Of a stretch of 64,000 nucleotides of DNA, positions 38,487 to 51,736 are shown piece after piece; positions within the stretch are counted from its first letter, which is position 1; every line of letters begins with the position of its first letter. The notes under the pieces are model-generated. The model was not told the DNA's origin. It saw only the letters and a list, made by a program, of their open reading frames with translations, and did no database searches. The translations under genes and the position numbers were made by a program. The DNA comes from Toensbergia leucococca (lineage: Eukaryota): positions 1 through 64,000 of the forward strand of contig JALDZS010000054.1 of the NCBI GenBank assembly GCA_022813965.1, given 5' to 3'.

Positions 38487-39824
38487 ATGGATAAAGCACA
38501 TGAAGGTGAGAAAGCTCTATCGTTTACGCAAATGCTGGCTTAGGCCAAGCTAATCCGATGCATTTGCTCAGCTTCGCACAGTGGTCTTGATGGCCCTTAT
38601 GACTACCATCCATCTTCTGTTCTGGCCCTTGTGGCTGCCGTTGCATTTAGTATTTCAGCGTTGATGCACTTCTTCCAGTATGTTCGCCATCGAGCATGGT
38701 TCTTCTATGTAATGTTGCTAGGATTGTTAAGTAGGTAGCTGATACCGACTTGGTCGAGGCCCTGTCTACAGCTGACAATTGCTTCGCAGTGGAGCTAGCT
38801 GGCTACTGGTTACGATACTGCTCCACTAAGAACCTTTCAAGTCTTAGCTATTACTCGTCCAGCTATCCATTAATCATGTATTTATTACCTCAATGCCTTC
38901 TGCCTACGTCCGCAACACTAATGCTTCTTTCCCAGGCTTGCACCCTCTCTAATGGCCGCGGCATGCTACATGGCCTTCGGCCGCATAATATACTGGGTCA
39001 CACCCGACATACACCGCGGCTTCCGCTCCCTCTGGGTCCCCGCCCGCTTCCTCGCACCGTTCTTTGTCCTGTTCGACGTGGTAGCCTTTTGCATCCAACT
39101 CTTAGGCCTCGTTCTAATCCTCTCTAAAACATCTACCTCAAAGCCCGAACATGAGAACCAAAAGGGCAACGGCATGGCGCAAGGAATCGAGATCCTATGT
39201 CTCGGGCTGATAATCCAAGCTGTCGTCGTCGGCGCATTTGCGCTCCTAGCGGCACGATTCCTGATTGTCAGCAGGCAATGGAGGTACGCATGGCCAGAAG
39301 GCGGAAGTCCGACTTGGAGATCCATGGCTTGGATTATTATCCTTGCATCGATACTTGTCATGGTACTACTTCTCACATCTTCTCCATTCATAAAAGCCCC
39401 CAAAACATTCACTAACAAACCCAGTTCCGCACCCTCTTCCGAATCCTCGAATTCACCCTCTCCTCCAGCCAAAACTACCTAACCCACCACGAATGGCCTC
39501 TCTACGCCTTCGACGCCCTCCCCATCCTCCGTAAGCCATCCCCCTTCCCCCCCTCCCTCCCTCCCTTCTACTAGCTACGAGCTAATCCTCACCTCCACAG
39601 TCGTCCTCACCTCCTTCAACTCCATCCATCCAGGCCGCTACATGCCCAAAGCCTATATCACCCTCAACCACAATTTCAAGCACGTACCCAAAGAACCCGA
39701 GTTTAAATCCACGCCGAGTATTCGCATGGAGGAGGAGCAGTACCCTTCGTACCCGCTCGCGGCCGTGACGGCGCAGCGGTATGCCCCGAGTCCGCTAAGG
39801 CCGGTTATAGGGAATAGTTTCTGA
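38487..39824 (+). CDS. RTA1-like (lipid-translocating exporter family) 7-TM protein
   Basis: YDYHPSS, HFFQYVRHRAWFF, ELAGYWLR, AAACYMAFGRII, FVLFDVVAFCIQ, HEWPLYAFDALP. Several canonical introns. Confidence 0.88.
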
Positions 39825-40863
39825 TATGAGCTGAGGGGATTGATGGGGAAATTGGGATAAATTGGTTGAAAGGAGGGTGGGGCGTTTTAGGGGTTTTTGT
39901 AGATGAGAGTATGTGGGCGGTAAGATTATTTTCGGTGAGTGGAGTTGAGCTGATTGGTGATGTCTGAGTATCAGTCCGAGTATTTGAAACCATTTCCTGT
40001 TCAAGACATTCCAAACAACCCACCCCACCCCCATCTTTTATCTTGGCACGAGTAGGCGGCGCGATTAGTACTTGCACTCTCTGGTGGAAGCAACATCCAT
40101 CCAACTATTAACAAAAACCCTCAGCATAACCCAATCAATCTTGCAGGCACGCTTCCCCAAAATCTCCTTGACGAACTAGCGAATTCAATACTTTGCGTTT
40201 CTTTGCGGGGGAAACGCAGAGCGGGGGAAAGTGCAACCAACATACCTTATCCAAAAGCTCCACATCCCGTGATCTGCCCGTCCCGAATGAAGAAAAATCC
40301 GACTCATAACAAATCCACACAACTCCAGCCTTTTCGGGGCCGGAAATAGGAAACGTCGGCCCACAAAAGGTGCAGGGAAGGAAAAAAGGGGGGGTTCCCA
40401 GATCGGATCGGGTTGCCGAGAGGGGCTAGATGGGAAGATTTTCATCTCATCTATATATATACATATAACCTCGGGATTGTATTGGGTGTGAGAGGGGAGA
40501 TATACATATCCAGTGAAGTCTCCGCTAGAGCTCAAGTACCTACAAATGAAATCTTACTGCAAAAAAAAAAAAAAAGTCGAGGGAATGTAATTTATGGGCG
40601 GTTAGCGGAGTACAAATAACCTACCTAATTTGAAAACATACCTACCTTAACCACCAAATATCTCAGGACAAAAAACTCCCGTTTCAGATTTACAATCATA
40701 CGCCTGGTTCTCTCACAAAGAATTCAACACGAGTTCCAAAAGTAGAAGAAATTATATTCCAACTGAACTTGAAGATCAAATCATCTGATCGGTCAAGGGG
40801 TTTATAATCCAATCATTCCATTCCCAACGACAACCCCCCTACCTCTACACAACCCATTTCCCC

Positions 40864-43800
40864 TCAATATGCTCCCTCTCTCTTCTCCCACGCCGTCATA
40901 GGTACCAGTCCCACCTCCCCCCTCCCCGTCTGCACCACAGCTGTAGCCACCAGCTCCAGCCCCTCCACCCTCGCCCCCTCCTCCCCCATCGCCCACAAGC
41001 TCAACCCAATCCAATTAACGCCATGATAATTCAACACGCCCTCAGGTACCGGAAACGCCGTCTGCGGTCCCACGTTGTTGATGTATTTCCCAAATTGATA
41101 CCCATTAACATACAACTGCACTCGGTAATTGGCGACAGTGCTGCTGCCAGTCGTCGTGTTGGTGAAGACGAAGGAGAGCGGGATGTCGTAGCGGACCGGA
41201 CCGCCGACAAAGGAGGTGGGCACATCAAGCTTGAAGCTCGTGGCGAAGAAGCCGACGCCGGCGCTGTTAATACCGTCGGTGGGCTTACGTCTGACCCAGT
41301 TTGTAAGGGGTAGGTTAGGTAAATGGTAGCCTTGGCGCTCGGCGTAGAGGCCACCTTCGTTGAGTGGTCCGCGAGCCAAGTCGCGGTATGCTTCACCGCC
41401 GAGGTTGCCAGTTACTTTCCAGATGATGGCGATCTGGGGAAGGGGCAAGAGGGAGTAATTGAGTATACCGCGAGGGTTCTTGTTGCCATCGGTACCGACG
41501 AAATTATCGTCGTCGAGGCCCATGTTGTCGAGGAGGACGGTGAGGATGTGCTCCGTTTTTGGGGTGAGACTGGGAAGGGTGAGTGTTAGGTTGCTTGCTG
41601 ATTGGGCCGAGTTTCCCGGAAATGATCCGAGGAGCGTCTGGTCTAGGAAGACGGAAACTGCGAATGCGGTTCCCCCTTGAGTCTCGATTTGGAAAAATTT
41701 CTCAGAGCCGGTGGCTGTAAATCGGCCGCGGAAAAGTAGATTGCCGGTATTAAAGCCATAGTCGCTTCCGTAGAGACTCGATGGCGTCGTCAGATTCCTT
41801 ACAGTGTTGTTGCTCGATGTGAGATTAGCACTGGGCCAGGCCGAGTCATCATAAGATGGCAGGATCTCCGGTAAGCTGTCGATGTATTTCCAAGCCAAAT
41901 TATTGAGGTCCGGTGGCGTGAACTTTTGCCCGAAAAAGGGAATGAAGCCTCCAAGTATGCCATTTCGCCTATCTCTGATGTGTAAACTTATTACCCTGCT
42001 GTTAAATATCAATCGAGAGCCTCCAGATGGGATTCCTCCAATAACTTCAATTACTGACGTCTCGTTGAGGTCCCCAGTCAGATACACCGTGCCCAACCAA
42101 TCAATGGAAGCTGTGCGAAGTAAGTAGCCTGGTCGTATATTGGAATTCCATTGGTAGAAACTCATTCGGGCAATGATAGACATGGCGTTTGGAGTCGTGA
42201 ATTTGTGAAACGGTGGAGGGCCAGGCAGATCGAGAACCCAATAGTTGTAAGCATCAGTTCGGTCTAAGATTGTACGTCAATCAATTTTTATAATGAATTT
42301 AGGAAGGTTCAAGTATAGCAGGGAAGCCTTACCTAGTAAGTAGACGAAGAGGTTCTCACCTACTCTCACGACCTTCCGATGGAGTGTCACGACCCAATTT
42401 AGTACCAACATATCACCAATGGTAGTCGTCTTTAACTCCCCACCTTCAATGAATTCGAGGGCCTCTTCTTCTCTGAAAGTCACGTTTGTAAAGGCTAGCT
42501 CGTGAGTCTCATTCAAGCCTCCATAGAGGACCAAGACCGTTTTGTGCGTGTATTTCTTCCACGTGAATATTTCGGCTGTACAGTAAAGCAAGACTGTGTC
42601 TGCAACATCATAATCTGTAACATGTATCTTAGAGTCCCTTCCATTGAGGGTTAATGAATTGCTGAGTCGTGGAATATCCATCTCCCCTATACTTGTCGGT
42701 ACTCTCAATCTATAAGAGGTGTTTACCAGGCTGTTGAACTAGGTGACGCATTATTTAGTATTGTTGCATGACCTGATTGATGCTAGGCTCACCATCGTAT
42801 GTCTCACAACGTAGAAGCTCGTCTTATTTCCAACAAGTCGGGAAACAAAGATTGCATGAGTATCGGTGTACGATGCGTTTCCTGCATTTTCCGGCACTGC
42901 AGTCAAGTAAGCAGGTGATACTTTCAGGAAATTGGCTTGTAGTTTTATCTCATGATACTTCACACGAGAAATTGTTCGATCTTCGGGAATAGCCGCCCCG
43001 TAGTCATAGCTTGTGTAGCCTCTGGGATGGCCAGAGTTACCCCAATTAGTGCTATAGGATATCCTTAGTATGTTACCGGGTACTTGATATTACCCATAAG
43101 GATGACTTACCCGCCATATATCTGTTCGAAGTTAGCGTATAAGCATAAGCTTCGACAATTTGGGCGATGTTACCATGTACAGATTGAGTATTTTGATGCC
43201 GGCGGCATAATTGTTTTTGTAGAAAACTCGTTCGAACTCTTCATTGGTTCGCTTTGCACAGCTATTGAACGTTGAACCACCCCATGGGTCAAATGATCCT
43301 GCCTGAAATTCCATGATTGCGAACGGAGTAGAAGGACTTTGCTGCTGATGTAGTGCGTTGTCATTAGTTGGAAACCTGTTGTCAGGCCAGAGAGAAGGAT
43401 CCACACAATCAAATTCCAATGGGTATCTGTCGTGACCATATATATCAACAGCACCAAGACCGGTGCCGGGGGCAAAATACCCCTTCGGAAGGTCATCATT
43501 GCTGATGAGAGGAACTACTATGCCGGCATCTCTGTATTGTTGCTCCACAGCGGCAAAATATTCGCGATTTGGGAAATCAACATCAGATGTAGCCCGACTA
43601 TATTCATTTTCTGGCTGTAGCAATATGACAGGTCCGCCGTTAGTGATCTGAGCTTTAGCGATGATGCTTGCCACATTCTTCACGTAATTTTCAGTAAAAG
43701 GCAAGTAGGCAGAGGTTCTCATCATAGCCTTCTTGCGTTGCAGCCAGCCCGGAATACCACCGCCAGACGATTCAGCACCAATGTAAGGGCCGGGTCTAGC

Positions 43801-44401
43801 AATGAGATAGATGCCCGCTTCACTAGCGGCGTCAAAGAAGGGTTCCAAGGCGAAGATACCTTCGGCACTGAAGTTACCCTCTCGCCCCTCCAGAAGAGCC
43901 CTTGGAAAGATTAGAGATTTCAATGGCGGGACATCTCAAAGCTCACCAGTTCGTGTAGAACGACACGGCACTGAAGCCGAGAACTTTGATCTTTTGCAGA
44001 ACATCAATCCATAGGTCTGGGACTGGGAGCCGGTAAGGGTGGAACTCTCCACTGTAAAGCATAACACGTTCGCCTCGAACAATGGGGGAATGCTTGTCCC
44101 ACGTAACGATGTCTTGCAAAGGAGGACATGTTCCCTGGCTTGGCTCGACGAATTGGCTACTGCCAGGCTTTGGGACCAAGAGCCAGGCCAAGATACAACA
44201 TATTAAGAACGTTGTTATAAGAACAGTGAGAAAGCGAGACGGCCTCGACATCTTTCCTTTCTCTTTACTTCTTGGACTAAATGAAGAGAGGCTCGAGGGA
44301 GTTTCGGAGCTTGTTTCATTAAAGATGTTGGGCTCAAGGAGATGGATGCATTCTTCAGGAATGGCAGGAACGGAAGGAACGGACTTCATAGTATACCACA
44401 T
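40864..44401 (-). CDS. Glycoside hydrolase family 35 beta-galactosidase
   Basis: [24 protein letters not shown] (acid/base), [12 protein letters not shown] (nucleophile), [38 protein letters not shown]. At least five introns. Confidence 0.93.
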
Positions 44402-44804
44402 GATGCCAAGAGACTCGTGCAAAAATTGCTTCAGGTCCGATGGCTTGCGAGTAAGTGACTGCCTTGTAGCCAGTCTATAGACAATAGGCTGTAGACGATG
44501 GGCTGCCACTCGTGTGGTCTACGTTATTGGTCATGGCTGGCACCGCAGCGAATCTCATACCGAATACCTAGACCTCGCAGAAAACTAAACATGAATACAG
44601 AAGAGCTGATCGTCGAACCCAAGGCACCTTAGCTACCTATAATGCGGGCGGGAAGGTTAGCCTAATTTTATGCCAAGAGGCTACGAGTACCACGTTAGAT
44701 ACCAACTTACTCCGTAGCCTCGCAGGAGATCGAGAAATTCCGAGTGTTGGATGATAACAATTGACCTGCGACGCAAGTACTGGACATTCAGTACTATTAC
44801 TTCC

Positions 44805-45523
44805 TCACCAAGGATAGACTGCATCTCTATGAACAATTTGACCAGCATCTGCATCTCGCTCCCCGTGTAGCACGCTGACACTTGTCTCTCCAGCAACTTG
44901 TGTATCTCCAGCTTTGCCCCATCCATTCCTAGCTTCTTCACTCTGACCACGAAGACTTGATCGCACTAATCCCGGGCAGACGGCGAATACCTTGAGGGCC
45001 GTCAATTGAATTCGATCGGCTCCTGTAATGCAATCATATTGAGGGCTGCCTTGCTTGCTCGATAAGCTTCTATATCCAATAAGCTGCGGTAGCCTGCCGA
45101 AGTCGGATCGCAAGCCTTGATCGTTGATCCCATCCCACCGTTCACGTAGATAAAGTGTGGCTTTTGAGACTTGAGCATTAATGATCTGAAGGCGGCGGAA
45201 ACCACCGCCGGCTCAGTGTCCATGCGTAGTTGCAAGTGAGTCTTGATATCTGCATCTCTCCTGCCGATTGCCGCGTTATTCACTAGCACGTCCAATCGCC
45301 AAAACTTTTGGGGGATGAGTGCCACCGCTTCTTCAATGGATCTTTCGTCGGTGACATCTGGCTGCACAGTCGATAGAAGGCCTCAGATGCGCAGGCTATT
45401 ACCTTTGCTGTCGCCAAGCCCACTTCGGAATTGGCGCCTACGTAGCCCGTATCAGCAAAAGACCAGTTTTTCAAGATCATATTTGATGTTCTCATCAGTA
45501 ATGAGGACAATTGTTTAAGGCAT
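44805..45523 (-). pseudogene. Short-chain dehydrogenase/reductase pseudogene
   Basis: MP*TIVLIT has a stop at codon 3. Apparent donor GT>AT mutation (G|ATGAGA); GANSEVG; internal deletion/frameshift; LDVLVNNAA; YRASK; frameshift near 45002; VCPGLVRS; ends VYPW*. Confidence 0.85.
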
Positions 45524-46349
45524 ATTCAAGGTGTTCAGAAGTTGCTCTTGTTGTAACGATGGAAGTACACAGCCTCATGCCCATGAGGGAAATGGTCAAT
45601 TTATAGACAAGACGGCACCATCTTCTTCAGTGACATTCGTCCCTGCGCCGATAAGCCATGCATTCATGATTATTCGTCGAATTGGCAGGTCCAAGGGAGC
45701 TAATCACTCTCCGGAAAAAACCTTGAGGAATCAACATTGGAATATGTCTTTGATAGTACCCGTAACAGATAGGTATTGGACGACCACCAGTACTGGTACA
45801 ACGCACAAAAGAGGCTTGAGATCTATTGCAATGAATGTGTATCAGAGACAAACCTAATAGAAAAAGGGTGACGATGATCTAGATTCGGAAGAGCTGCTAC
45901 GATGTATGTTTAGTAAGCACGGTAAGGTAGAATAGCCTAATAGACGGAGTTAAGATTTTTCGGAGATAAACTCGCAACCTCCAGCCTAGGCAGGTAGGTA
46001 CGGTCCAGACGTTACGAGTAACGTCGCCGACTAGCTGAATAAATTGATTGGTCATTCTATGAAGGTATGATTTGATGAAATAACTAATAATTTTGATACA
46101 TAATTGATAGAATTGCTAAAGATCGAGTACCTAGGAGATAAACAAGCTATATAGGCAAGACAATAGGGGTTCCCAGCCACACCTGATGCAACCTTCTGGA
46201 TCCAAATCGGGTCTCTGATCGACAAATTCAACAAGATTACTCTAAGAGGTGACTGCTTGAGCATCTCAGGGTGTTCCTGAACACTTGCAGACTTACAGAT
46301 ATGCAGCCAGAGAATTCGTGTCATTTCAAATCAACCTGTATGAAGCGCC

Positions 46350-47931
46350 ATGACATTTCCAAGTGCAGGCTGCCAAACTTGCAAGGTCCGACGCATCAAG
46401 GCAAGTGACTCGTCGCGTTCACATGAAGGTGGCTGACCCGTTGCTCCAGTGTGATGAGACCCAGCCAGTATGTCAGAGATGTACCAAATCCAAGCGGATT
46501 TGCTATGGGATGAGGGCCCGACAAGCTTGCTCCATACTTCACAATGAGAATTCCTACGCAAGCGGTCAAAAAAAGCGTCCCAGGGGCCCTCGCCCAGCTC
46601 TGACAGTAGAGCCCGTCCATAATCTAAATGTTGCTCTGCAACGTCCGCTTATTGATCTGAAAACACGAGCAGTTATGTACTACTTGCATTTTCATTTGCA
46701 GACTCCAAAGAACCTTCTGAATATTTCAAAGTGTGTTTCTGATGATTTTTTGCCCACATGGAACTTGAGCCCGGATTTTCCGATACTCGATCTTGCTGTA
46801 TCCTCCATGGCTCTAGCCGTATTTTCACATACCCATATGCATCGACCGGCAGGCATAGAAGCTTCTATGCAATACCACCGACTTCTACAGGTTGCCCAGG
46901 TGACAATACCTTCTCTGAATGAAGGAAACATTGACGCCTGCTTGCTTGCCATTTTCTTTATGAGTCGGTACGAGGATGCAGTACACCGTTCGAGTCATCT
47001 CAACCTGAGAAGCCCACTTGCTACAAAGTTTCAGAGCTTCTCGCATCATGATGGGGCGCTGGCATTATTGAAAATCTGGAAGGACCGCCTCAGTCACAGT
47101 CAGCCTGCGACGAATATCGTTAAGCATAGTAGACGTGGGATGATCAAGTCCGCTCTATTGAGAAACCTCGCATTGCCGGAATGGATACTGGACGGCGCCT
47201 ATTTCGGCGAGTATGGCTTAGAGCTTGAGTATGATTGTATCGTTGTGCGGATTGTCCATGTCCGTCAGCGATTGTCCACGCTTATCAAGGAGATGTCCGA
47301 CCTACAGCACACATCTCAGGAGCTCATTTTGATAGCTGAGGAGCTTAATGAAGAGGCACAGGAAATTGACAAGGCATTGCAAGACTGGGCAGCACACTTC
47401 CCAAGCACTTGGTGCTACCAGCGACACACCCTGTCAACCCCTCATTCGTGGTCCGCCAGAGATTTCTATTCCCCGATAGTCTACAGCTACTCAAGTCCTG
47501 CATACGCAGCAGTCTGGAGTCAATACTACGCCATGAGCATGCTTATCAATAGTACACGCTTGAGGGTTCTTAGAATCAGTCACCCGAATTCAGATGACTT
47601 TGCATATGACCAGCGTTTGGAATGCCTCTCTCGCATAAGAATCATGGCCAATGACCTAGCATCTAGCCTACCATTCTGTCTTCAAAGATTCAAGGTCACA
47701 GACAGCCCCGACTCATCCTCCGATCGAAACTCAATCACGCTGAACACGAACGAGGACATCAAGCCATATGTAGCTGGTCCGGTAGTATGGCCTTTGGGTA
47801 TTGCTTCGAGCCTGGGAGACGTGGACTTCAAGCTAAGATCGTGGTTCAGATCCGAGCTCGCACGCCTTGGGAGATTGTTAGGCATCAGGCTTTTTGAATG
47901 TGCCGAGACTGATCAGTGGCTTGAACTTTGA
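46350..47931 (+). CDS. Zn(II)2Cys6 transcription factor (GC-AG first intron)
   Basis: MTFPSAGCQTCKVRRIK|CDETQPVCQRCTKSKRIC; intron 46401-46449 GCAAGT...GCTGAC...CCAG; fungal TF-type C-terminal region. Confidence 0.9.
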
Positions 47932-49423
47932 CGAAGATTAGATTCTTGATCATATCCGCGGATTTCTGACTATAGTCCTCCAAATTCCCGGGAGGCGGAG
48001 CGTAAAGCCTGGGCCAAGCTGGGGATCGCAAGATACATGTATTCTCATGTCAGCAGCGGAATGCCGTTCCATACAAGATCCCAAACTCAGAACAGTCACC
48101 TATGGCAAGAGCTAAGAGCTCAGTAGCAATCCAGCCTCACCTGGAAATGATTGGACTTGCAGGTTTCTGTGCATGAGGGACGCGTTCGCCAGAGTTGCGG
48201 AGTATTATCCTTGCTGAAAATCTACTCAACCGGCCAAGATGGACGTAGGAATCCACTGCAGTGGGCCCCCGGGACAAAGAAACTTTTACTAATTGGTATC
48301 AAACTTCCATATGACTGGATGCAGCATCAGATGGAAATCACAACCTGCCTACGGCTATATGACCTCGCTATCACACCATTCATAGATACGATATTCATAC
48401 ATTATAAAAGTTTTTCACCTATATAAAAGAAGATAAAATTCATAGCCTACAAAACCATTACCTCGCTCACCTACCCCGCCTACCACACCAGCACCATCAA
48501 CTTCCAAATCTTCCAACCTCCATCAATCTTATCTTATCCCAATCCCAGCAATCGCCCTTCCATCCCCGCGCACTCTTACCAAACCCGACCCCCTGGTTCT
48601 GAAAAAGAAGTACCAAGAGACAAACCCACCCGTGTCATTACTATCCGCGACAAGCAGAGAACAATAAGATCATTGTGTGTGTGAGACATGGTGGGTGTGA
48701 TGGTGTACCAGATGAGGAACACAGAAAGAAGCATGAAATATGGGTTGGTGTAGTATGAATGCCTTTTTTTTCTCTGGGAGTCTCGAGAACCTGATTGAGG
48801 GGCTAGAATATTTCATGAGATATATGGGAGGTGGGTTCTCAATGAGGTCTCTTTTTCTACTGTTGGCGGTGAGGTTCCGTGGATGGGGGAGGTTTTCGTC
48901 TGTGGATGGTGAGATTTACTGATGGTGTACGGTAAATACGCCGATTGCAATCCTCATGTCCCTAATATCAAGAACCTGCCCTCTCTCAACCGGGTTAGGC
49001 GATTGCTCTTTTCTTTTGCAGCATTGATGATCAACACTCTTCACAAAATACGTATTTCTTGCTGCGGCAGAGACGATTCAAAAATGTGTTCATACGGCAT
49101 TTCATTTCCATACGAAAAGCGGCTTTTGCAGAGTTGGAAAACTCCCCGTTCTTCTTAATGGGGAAACAGGGACGGAAGGTATACTACGGATTTGCCTATT
49201 TCTACCTACCTACCATATGGACTAGCTGCTAGAGCAGCGTATACCCGACACTCAAATCTCATTTTCCCATCAGACAAGAACAATAAAATCCAAAGTTTTG
49301 AATCCGTGGAGCCACTTATGTGCTGCTGCACTCCCATTATTTACGCCGGAGCAACTCTTCCCTCGCTCGTGCCTAGCAGTCTTCGTAACCCCCAACAGGG
49401 ACATCATCCATCTACTATTCGGG

Positions 49424-51475
49424 TCAAAACCCCGCAGGCTGAAGCACAGGCGGGAACGACGGCTCATTCAGGTTCGAAACACATGCCTCCTTCCAATGCC
49501 GCGGTGTGAATTTATCCGCGATTGTTTTGAACGCCTCCTGCCAATCCCGGTCAGTATATCACAAACACGTCCCAGACATCGTGACGACTATACCAATGTG
49601 CAAAAGCTCTCGTCTCCTTCAAGGTGGTTTCCTGGGAGTCGACACCCGGGAATTATCACTGGGCGATCGTTGTACCGCATTCGTACATAGTATCTTTTCA
49701 GCTTTTCCTTCTCCGTCGAGCTGATTTCATCCATCGTTCTCCTACCGATCCCTTTTGGCACAGGAGACTGTCTTGATGCTTTTTCTTTGGCGCTGCCTAC
49801 AATTGATTTCCATAAACTATCATCCTTTTGCTCATTCTCGTGCTTGCTTGTGGTCTCGTCCAGGCTAGTTCTAGCTGGATTCAGCATGCTGTCGGTCCAC
49901 TCCCCTCTCCTGAAAAGCTCTAGAGCAATGTGGCTTGTGTACGGTGGCCATTTCTCTCCCTCAAACGCGCCTAGGCTGGATAGGATTGCAGCTAAAGTGG
50001 TGTCGTGACATCCGCTCAGGGCAAATTTCACATCTTTCTCTCCTCCCCTGCCTTTGCCTAAATTACCAGTGCTCCCTCCAATTTCAAGTAATCCATCATC
50101 GCCATTTCTCTCCACGCTTCCAATCATACGGAATACAATATCACCGACTAACGCCCCTATGCCAAGTGAGCGGTACTCGACACTCTCCTTGTAACCCGAG
50201 AACCACTCCTCAACACCAAGTTTGTCGATAATGTTTCGACCTTTGGAGTCGTAGAACTCTGGGGGCAAACGAGTCTTCGGGCCGTGTGCTAATGTCGAAT
50301 TAATAGTATCCATAATGCCGGAGAGTCGAGGGTGCGAGTCAACTGCTACACGCTGTGAAGACGAAGGCATCCACTTCGAGATAAGACTGTTCAGATAATC
50401 CATCTCCTGGGTCTCATTCCCTGTATCTATTTAGCTACGCTTCATATCCATATCTCATGAAGCTCACAGCGGTCCGCGGTTCGCTGGGCAAATGCCCTAC
50501 TAAGCTGACTGAATCTACGGCAATTACTGTCGTTGGGGAATAAAGTCTCGTCCGCTGGCGTTCTGGTAAGAATGGTGGGTGGAGGAAATGATTGAGTTCG
50601 TGCTGTGGGAGGATACATTCCCCAAAAGCTTTGTTGGACTGATTCCAAGGCTCGTGACATTGGAGTAGCCCGCAGATAGATCATGTCTGCATCACTGATG
50701 AGGTTTGGCATGAACTTCAACTGATCAACGTAGAGGTGTCTGAGACGATGGCCAAGGGCTAATGTAGTTTCGCGGCCTTTGTCTGTTAATTCACCCAGCT
50801 GACTGAAAGGTACTGTTAGTTGGCATACCTATCCTTGCCATTGCTGGGAGCTTTACCATACTGAATCAATTTCTCCATTCGGTCCTGATGCCACAACAGG
50901 ACCATGATCATCCCCAAAAGTTTCCAATCTTCTTCGCCATTGGAGCTCACCCCATATAGACGAGTCAAGGCTTGTCAAAGCAACGTTTGTCATCTGTGCA
51001 GCAGCATTACAGTACGGCCAATCTTGAATAATAAGCATATTGATCTAATGATTGATCATGATTTGGTGCAGCATACGAGGAGTGAGACCGGCCTTCCAAT
51101 AGATTTAGAAGTACTCAAAAGAGTCAGGTCCCAAGAGGCCTTACATTCTGAAATCGAGCAGACACAGGACTTCTTTCGCCTATAGAGACCTTGAGTCAAC
51201 CCGTCCATGAAGCACAGTGACAGTGGGAATTGGTACCATGGCGAAGTAGCTGCAAAATAACCTTGAGTTAGTATAGTCCCGTTCTGCTGAAAGTTGCGTG
51301 GAGATCACGGCAGGTGGCAGGTTGGTAAACGGTTTTGAGGAGGGCATTATCAAAGTGAGGCAACCGTGTCTGGCATTGGACGTACTATTTGAACCAATTG
51401 GAGGTTCAGTCCCTTGGGATATAGGCCATCGAGCTCCTCCTGAGAATAAGGAGCACGGGGAACAAGAGTCGTCAT
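49424..51475 (-). CDS. Histidine acid phosphatase family protein
   Basis: LQLVQI|LLRHG|ERSP motif, GELTDKG, RATPMSRALES, GCHDTT proton-donor motif, WPPYTSHIALEL, YVRMRYND. Multiple introns. Confidence 0.9.
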
Positions 51476-51736
51476 AATCAAGGAAATTTTGCGGGTCAGG
51501 ATATAAGTGAGGGCTACGGATACATGCAGGTAGGATACATGCACATAAATCGTGTCGTGCACTCAAGAATATTACCGGATTTACTCCGTATTGATCATAA
51601 ATTACAGATAGATTACGAAGCTCTCTTGCGTTCACCAAAGCTCTCAATCCTCGAATAATCAGCAATGCACATGATACGATATAGAATATGCAAGACTTAC
51701 CAGCCAAGGCACTCATATTAACTGGCAGAGGTCTTA

